DNA of 64,000 bases from an uncultured Gemmatimonadales bacterium (GTDB taxonomy: Bacteria > Gemmatimonadota > Gemmatimonadetes > Gemmatimonadales > GWC2-71-9), in assembly GCA_963831425.1 (NCBI GenBank), contig CAWHQC010000015.1, forward strand, positions 100,821-164,820. The letters run 5' to 3'. Within the stretch, counting starts at the first letter, position 1. The number at the start of each line of letters is the position of its first letter. This document shows positions 59,079 through 64,000 of the stretch, piece by piece. A program made the position numbers and the translations under genes. The notes under the pieces were generated by a model. That model searched no databases. It saw only the letters and a list, made by a program, of their open reading frames with translations, and was not told the DNA's origin.

Positions 59079-59951
59079 ATGCCCAAGCGACCGCTGCTCC
59101 TGCTCGCCCTCCTCCTGGTTCCCGTTGCCGCTCATGGCCAGTCCGAGGCCGACCTCAAGGCGTACTTCGAGGGGCGCACCGTCAAACTGAAGATCGCGAT
59201 GCCCGGGACCGAGAGCGGCGTGGATGTGTATCCCGGTACGGCGAAACCGCTCGACTTTCCTCGCCACGCCAGCCGGCTCAAGGACAACGGGACTGCGCTC
59301 AAGTCGGGCGACGAGGCGCTGGTTACCAAGATCAAGGTGAAATCGAAGCTGATCGAGTTCCAGCTCGACGGCGGCGGCTACGGCACCATGGGTGACGAGA
59401 CCTCGAGCGGCGTTAGCGTGGGCAACACGCCCAAGACCAGGCGCGAGCAGAATCTGGAGGGCGAGCTCAAGCGGGAGACCGATCCGGTCCGGCGGCGCGA
59501 GCTGAAGGAGGAGCTCGACGAGCTAGAGAAGGACCGGGAGCGGGAGGACGCCCGCAACCGGGCCGCGCTGGCGGAGGCCCAGGAATCGAAGAAGGCCAAC
59601 ATCCGGCAGCGGCGGCTCGAGGGCGGCTCGCGCTTCAACATCCGGTTCAACGACGGCGTGCCGGCCGCCGCGCTGAGGCCCGAGGCCGTCCGGGCGGCGC
59701 TCGCCGCGTACGTCGAGTTCCCCGACACGACCGCCGCGGTTGAGCCCGCGCGGCTCGGCCCGCGCGGGCTCCCGGCCAAGGGAATGCTGCTCGCCGACGC
59801 CGACCGACTTCTCGGCACGCCCGAGAAGACTTCCGAGCGGATGGAGGGAAAGCTCCGGGTAACGACGCGCTCCTACGCGTCGAATGCGGGGCGCGTGGTC
59901 GCCGAGTTCGTGGAGGGGGTGCTTATCCGATACACAGTCACGTCGCAGTGA
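59079..59951 (+). CDS. Secreted hypothetical protein with a central charged coiled-coil segment. Intact.
   Basis: MPKRPLLLLALLLVPVAAHGQSEADLKAYFEGRTVKLKIAMPG.. and ..REQNLEGELKRETDPVRRRELKEELDELEKDREREDARNRAALAEAQESKK.. (inner Met of ORF 59058..59951). Confidence 0.55.
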   Translation: MPKRPLLLLALLLVPVAAHGQSEADLKAYFEGRTVKLKIAMPGTESGVDVYPGTAKPLDFPRHASRLKDNGTALKSGDEALVTKIKVKSKLIEFQLDGGGYGTMGDETSSGVSVGNTPKTRREQNLEGELKRETDPVRRRELKEELDELEKDREREDARNRAALAEAQESKKANIRQRRLEGGSRFNIRFNDGVPAAALRPEAVRAALAAYVEFPDTTAAVEPARLGPRGLPAKGMLLADADRLLGTPEKTSERMEGKLRVTTRSYASNAGRVVAEFVEGVLIRYTVTSQ

Positions 59952-60511
59952 GCGGGCCCAGGCTGCTCGCCTTCGCCGCATCGTTCCGCCGCGATTCGTG
60001 GAACCGGAAGCTCATCACCCTCGCGGCCGACCTCGCCAGAGAGGGCGGCGCGCACGTGGACCTCGCGGACTTTCGCGAGTTCCACATGCCGCTCTACGAC
60101 GGCGACGTCCAGGCCGAGCCGGGCATCCCGCCAGGCGCCGAGGAAATGGCGCGCCGGGTCGCCGCGGCAGACGGGATCATGATCGCGTCGCCCGAGTACA
60201 ACTTCTCGCTGCCCGGCACGCTCAAGAACGCGATCGACTGGGTCTCGCGGGTGAAGCCGATGCCGTTCAGGGGAAAGACCGGGTTCCTGCTGGCCGCCTC
60301 GAACGGCCAGGTCGGCGGCATACGCGGGCTCTGGCAGCTCCGGATTCCGCTCGAGGGACTGGGCGTCACGCTCCATCCCGACATGTACGCGCTGCCGTGG
60401 GCGAGCAAGGCGTTCGGTCCCGACGGCCGGCTCCTCGAGCAGGAGCGGCAGGACCGGCTGCGGGCGATGGTTCAGCGGTATCTGGAGATGGCGCGGAAGC
60501 TGGCGGGCTGA
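59948..60511 (+). CDS. NADPH-dependent FMN reductase family protein. Intact.
   Basis: RLLAFAASFRRDSWNRKLITLAADL..ADGIMIASPEYNFSLPGTLKNAIDWVSR..FRGKTGFLLAASNGQVGG. The GTG start overlaps the upstream stop. Confidence 0.8.
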   Translation: MSGPRLLAFAASFRRDSWNRKLITLAADLAREGGAHVDLADFREFHMPLYDGDVQAEPGIPPGAEEMARRVAAADGIMIASPEYNFSLPGTLKNAIDWVSRVKPMPFRGKTGFLLAASNGQVGGIRGLWQLRIPLEGLGVTLHPDMYALPWASKAFGPDGRLLEQERQDRLRAMVQRYLEMARKLAG

Positions 60512-60518
60512 ACCGCCC

Positions 60519-61016
60519 TCAGTCCGACAACCGGTAGTTGAATCCGAGCGCCAGCCGGAATGGGCTGGTGTCGTTCACGAAGGTCCAGCGGAATTCGGCG
60601 AACGGCTTGAGCCGCTCGCTCGGGGCCGCCGTGCTGAGGCCGAAGAAGAGATTGTAGCCCGTCTTGGTCTCGCCCCCGCCCGGGTGCGCAAAGGCGACGC
60701 CCCCACCAGCGTACAATCCGCCACCCTGCCCGATGTGAATCGCGGCGTCGCCGTTGGCCTGCCAGCCGGTGTCGCCATGCTTCGGAAAGAAGAAGTCGCC
60801 GCTTGGCCGGAGCTCGAGATTGTGGCTGACGGGGACACTTACCTGGCCGCCGAGGCTCCAGGCGTGGTTCTCGAAATCACGGCCGGCGCGAGGGCCGAGC
60901 GAGATGGGGCCCTGGAAGATGCCGCTCCCTGGCCGGCGGGACTGGGCGGATGCCGGGGCAGGGGCGAACGTGAGGATCAGCAGCAGGGCGAGCGCGGCGC
61001 TGCGCCAGGGAGGCAT
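60519..61016 (-). CDS. Small outer-membrane beta-barrel protein. Intact.
   Basis: Signal peptide MPPWRSAALALLLILTFAPAPASAQ, alternating beta-strand pattern, and an aromatic-rich C-terminus ..FRLALGFNYRLSD. Confidence 0.6.
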   Translation of the reverse strand: MPPWRSAALALLLILTFAPAPASAQSRRPGSGIFQGPISLGPRAGRDFENHAWSLGGQVSVPVSHNLELRPSGDFFFPKHGDTGWQANGDAAIHIGQGGGLYAGGGVAFAHPGGGETKTGYNLFFGLSTAAPSERLKPFAEFRWTFVNDTSPFRLALGFNYRLSD

Positions 61017-61085
61017 CGAGATTCCTTACGGACGGGAGACCGGGGGGAGGTATCTCAGGAAGAGTACCCGGACACGCCCCCGTCG

Positions 61086-63851
61086 TCACGGTCCGCCCGA
61101 CGCCCCGGTGCTGGCGAGCGCGTTGCCGTCCGCATCCACCAGATGGATTTCTCCCAGGTTCAGCTCCCGCACCCCCGACTCGATCTTCGTCCGGTCGCCC
61201 ACGATCACCCACACCAGATGACCCGGCTGAACCGTCTCCCGCGCCGCGGCCGTGACGCTCGCCGGCGTCTGTGCGCGCACCTTCTCGGCGTAGGTGTCGA
61301 AGTAGCGGTCGCTCAGGCCGAACGCCACGAGCTCTTCGATCGAGCCCGCCACGGCCGACATGGTTTCCCACGAGCCCGGCAGCGTCAGCGTGAGCGATGC
61401 CTTGGCCCGCGCCAGTTCGTCCGGCTCGATCGGCCGCGCGCCCACGATCCCGCGCAGCTCCTGCTGCAGCTCGACGATCGCGTCCCGCGTCTTGTCGGTC
61501 TGCACCGGTGCGTAGGCGATGAACGGCCGCGGCCCGCGGGCGTCGCGGATGAAGCTGAACGCACCGTAGGACCAGTGCTTGTCCTCCCGCAGGTTCATGG
61601 TGAGCCGGGAGCCGAAGTCGCTGCCGAGGACGGCGTTCATCGTCTCGATGGCCGGCTCCTCCGGGTTGGCCTTGGGGGGCGCCACGTTGCCGGCGATGAG
61701 CACCGTCTGAAGCGCCCCCGGCCGGTCGAGCAGGTAGACTTCCGGCTTCGGCTGCGGGGCCACGGCGGCGATGTTCTTCTCGGGCACCGTCCCCGGCCGC
61801 CAGGCCGCGAACAGCCGCTCGAGCTTCGGCTTGATCTGCGCCATCGTCGTGGCCCCCACCACCACCATGGTCGCGTGGTTGGGCTTGAACCAGGTCTGGT
61901 GGAATTTCACCAGGTCCTGCCGGGTGATCCGCTGCACCGAGGCCTCGGTGCCCGATCCGGTCCACGGGTTGGCATAGGCGTGACCTTCGCCGTAGATGAG
62001 GCGCGGAAAGACGCGCAGCGCCATTCCCACCGGGTCGGCCTTCTCGCGCTGGATCTGGACCAGCCGCTGCTTTTTCAGCCGCTCGAAATCGCTCTGACGG
62101 AACGCCGGGTGGAGGATGACGTCGGCGTACAGCTCGAGCGACGGATCGAGCCGCTCGGTCAGCGCCGAGAGTGACACGCTCGACACGTCGAGCCGAGAGG
62201 AGGCGCCGAGATTGGCGCCCAGCTCGGCCAGCCGGTCGCTGATCTGCAGCGCCGAGCGGGTGGCGGTGCCTTCGTCGAGCATGCTCATCGCGAGGCTCGC
62301 CGTGCCCGGCTGGGCGAACTGGTCGGAGGCGTACCCGGCGTCGAGCACCAGATCGAACATCACCTGCGGAATCGACCGCCGTTCGGCCAGCACCAGCTTG
62401 AGACCGTTCGAGAGCGTGTCGCGCTCGAGCGCCGGAAACTCGGCCGCCGGCGGCGCGCCGGGCGTGGGGAGCTTCGAGCGGTCCACGCCCTTCGGAGCGA
62501 CGCTGTAGTCGGGGAACGGCTGCACCTCGAGCGTGTAGACGCCGTCGGAGAGCCACCGCACCGCCGCGCTCCTGATCTGCGCGGCCGTGGCCTGCTCGAT
62601 CCGCCGCTGCTGCACCTGGTAGAAGTCCGGCCGGCCGGCGAACACCTCGCCCATTGCCAGCACGTCCGACTTGCCGCCGAACCCGCCGATCCGCTCGACG
62701 CCCCGGATGAACCCCGCGCGCGCCAGCGACTTGGCGCGCGCCAACTCGGCTGCCGTCGGTCCGCCGGCCAGAAAGCGGGCCAGTTCCTGGTCGAGCGCCC
62801 GCTCCACCTTCGCGGGGTCCACCCCGGGACGCACGCCTGCCTCGATGCTCAGGAGCCCGCCGATCTCCCGCAGGTCGAGGGAGACGTCGACGTCCGTGGC
62901 GCTCTGCTCGTCGTACACCAGGCGCTTGTACAGCCGCGACGACTTGCCCGTGCTCAGCACCGAGGCCGCGAGCGTGAGATAGTCGCCATCGGCCGCGCCC
63001 CATTGCGGAACATTCCACACCTTGTACAACCGGGTCTGAGGCACCCGGTCCTGCATCAGGCCGCGCTGGCTGCCGCTGCGTTTGGCGACCCAGACGTCCT
63101 GGCGCGCCACCGGCGGCCCCGAGGGGACGTCGCCGAAATAGCGCTCCACCTTCTCCCTGGCGGTCCTGGCATCGATGTCACCGGCGAGCACGACGACGGC
63201 GTTCGCGGCGCCGTAGTAGGTCTGGAACCACTCCTTCACGTCGTCCAGCTTGGCGGCGTCGAGGTCCTCCATGGAGCCGATCGTGGTCCAGGAGTAGGGA
63301 TGGTTGGCGGGGTACAGCTTGGGCGTGAGGAAGTCCCACACCTTGCCATAGGGCTCGTTCTCGCCCTCGCGCTTCTCGTTCTGCACCACGCCGCGCTGCT
63401 CGTCGAGCTTGGCCTGGCTGATGGCGCCCGTGAGATGCCCCATGCGGTCGGACTCGAGCCAGAGCGCCAGGTCGAGCGCGGAGGTCGGTACGTTCTCGAA
63501 GTAGTTGGTGCGGTCCTCGTTGGTGGTGCCGTTCAGATCCGTGGCGCCCACGCGCTCGAGCGGGCCCTGGAACTCCTTGTCCCAGTGCTCGCTGCCGTTG
63601 AACATCAGGTGCTCGAACAGGTGCGCGAAGCCGGTGCGGCCCGGGCGCTCGTTCTTGGAGCCGACGTGGTACCAGACGTTCACCGCGACGATCGGCGCCT
63701 TGTGGTCTTCGTGGACGATCAGCGTCAGGCCATTCGGTAGCGTGACGCGCTGGTAGGGGATGGTGACGGCGGACTGGGCGGCCGCGGGTGGCGCCGTGAG
63801 CAGCGTGGCAGCAAGGAGCAGGATCTGGGTGAGACGGGTACGCACGGGCAC
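61086..63851 (-). CDS. M16-family (pitrilysin/insulinase) zinc peptidase, double M16 module. Intact, 921 aa.
   Basis: Signal peptide MPVRTRLTQILLLAATLLTAPPAAAQ. The inverted zinc motif HLFEHLMFNGSEH (HxxEH) is present. A second, inactive-type module lies in the C-terminal half. Confidence 0.9.
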   Translation of the reverse strand: MPVRTRLTQILLLAATLLTAPPAAAQSAVTIPYQRVTLPNGLTLIVHEDHKAPIVAVNVWYHVGSKNERPGRTGFAHLFEHLMFNGSEHWDKEFQGPLERVGATDLNGTTNEDRTNYFENVPTSALDLALWLESDRMGHLTGAISQAKLDEQRGVVQNEKREGENEPYGKVWDFLTPKLYPANHPYSWTTIGSMEDLDAAKLDDVKEWFQTYYGAANAVVVLAGDIDARTAREKVERYFGDVPSGPPVARQDVWVAKRSGSQRGLMQDRVPQTRLYKVWNVPQWGAADGDYLTLAASVLSTGKSSRLYKRLVYDEQSATDVDVSLDLREIGGLLSIEAGVRPGVDPAKVERALDQELARFLAGGPTAAELARAKSLARAGFIRGVERIGGFGGKSDVLAMGEVFAGRPDFYQVQQRRIEQATAAQIRSAAVRWLSDGVYTLEVQPFPDYSVAPKGVDRSKLPTPGAPPAAEFPALERDTLSNGLKLVLAERRSIPQVMFDLVLDAGYASDQFAQPGTASLAMSMLDEGTATRSALQISDRLAELGANLGASSRLDVSSVSLSALTERLDPSLELYADVILHPAFRQSDFERLKKQRLVQIQREKADPVGMALRVFPRLIYGEGHAYANPWTGSGTEASVQRITRQDLVKFHQTWFKPNHATMVVVGATTMAQIKPKLERLFAAWRPGTVPEKNIAAVAPQPKPEVYLLDRPGALQTVLIAGNVAPPKANPEEPAIETMNAVLGSDFGSRLTMNLREDKHWSYGAFSFIRDARGPRPFIAYAPVQTDKTRDAIVELQQELRGIVGARPIEPDELARAKASLTLTLPGSWETMSAVAGSIEELVAFGLSDRYFDTYAEKVRAQTPASVTAAARETVQPGHLVWVIVGDRTKIESGVRELNLGEIHLVDADGNALASTGASGGP

Positions 63852-64000
63852 CTCTCCGCAGGGGTCGTGATGTCGGTGGTTGGCCGGACGGAAATCCCGC
63901 GGGAAAGGTGTCGCCGCCTAGCCCACGCCGGCCCGCCCCGGCGGCGCGCTGTTGAGCCTGAGCCAGTAGCGCCCCAGTGTTCCGATCGTCTCCTCCAACT

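Noticed and set aside
60684-63018. Long ORFs 60684..62174 (+) and 60877..63018 (-) over the M16 peptidase gene.
   Set aside because: They are out of frame or antisense to the intact 921-aa M16 ORF (61086..63851), which carries the HxxEH motif. Their sequences are low-complexity and Arg/Gly-rich.
63918-64000. Possible 3' end of a minus-strand gene at the right edge (..LEETIGTLGRYWLRLNSAPPGRAGVG-stop).
   Set aside because: Only about 27 codons are visible and no motif is recognisable. It cannot be supported as a feature.

Overview
High-GC (by eye about 70%) chromosomal window with about 60 protein genes. I saw no rRNA, tRNA or CRISPR array. PD40/TolB propellers fused to a Ser/Thr kinase and to an Omp85 barrel fit a soil Gemmatimonadota/Acidobacteriota-like bacterium, but this cannot be proven from the sequence.

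Most ORFs in the six-frame track are spurious antisense or out-of-frame ORFs. Real genes were picked by recognisable protein sequence.

Gene content, left to right:
- An H4MPT/methanofuran C1 module (fae, mtdB, DUF1464, ATP-grasp, fhcB, fhcA).
- A metallopeptidase-PD40-Omp85 outer-membrane protein, a DEAH helicase and ispH.
- Cyclase, CDF transporter, DUF72 and PQQ sugar dehydrogenase genes.
- dnaE2, then a traR/dksA-hpf-CBS operon and a kinase-PD40 fusion.
- A Zn-ribbon peptide / radical SAM / ImuB-like operon.
- OmpA, ClC, greA plus a GroES-like gene, and a caa3-type cytochrome oxidase operon (ctaCDEF, ctaG).
- fabI, an enoyl-CoA hydratase and an SDR, then a tesA/ybbA/ybbP-like trio.
- A GntR-aminotransferase pair and an M16 peptidase.

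Four observations stand out:
1. An 11-bp-period direct repeat, TTCGGT-N5-TTCGGT, occurs in three promoter regions: dnaE2, the Zn-ribbon/radical SAM/imuB operon and a small ORF. It looks like a candidate SOS-type operator. It links an unusual mutasome cassette in which no imuA is visible.
2. Several families of hairpin elements have arms built from 7-8 nt periodic units. Three lie inside dnaE2; two keep the frame and one breaks it. One larger copy carries a four-helix-bundle gene.
3. Two copies of a TTCACC-type MITE are present.
4. About half of the genes are frame-broken as assembled, in a very patchy pattern. The broken set includes the essential genes ispH, ctaD and fabI. The sites I inspected sit at short homopolymer runs, so I read most of these as sequencing indels rather than decay.

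Coordinates of frame-broken genes are reconstructions across frames and are approximate.
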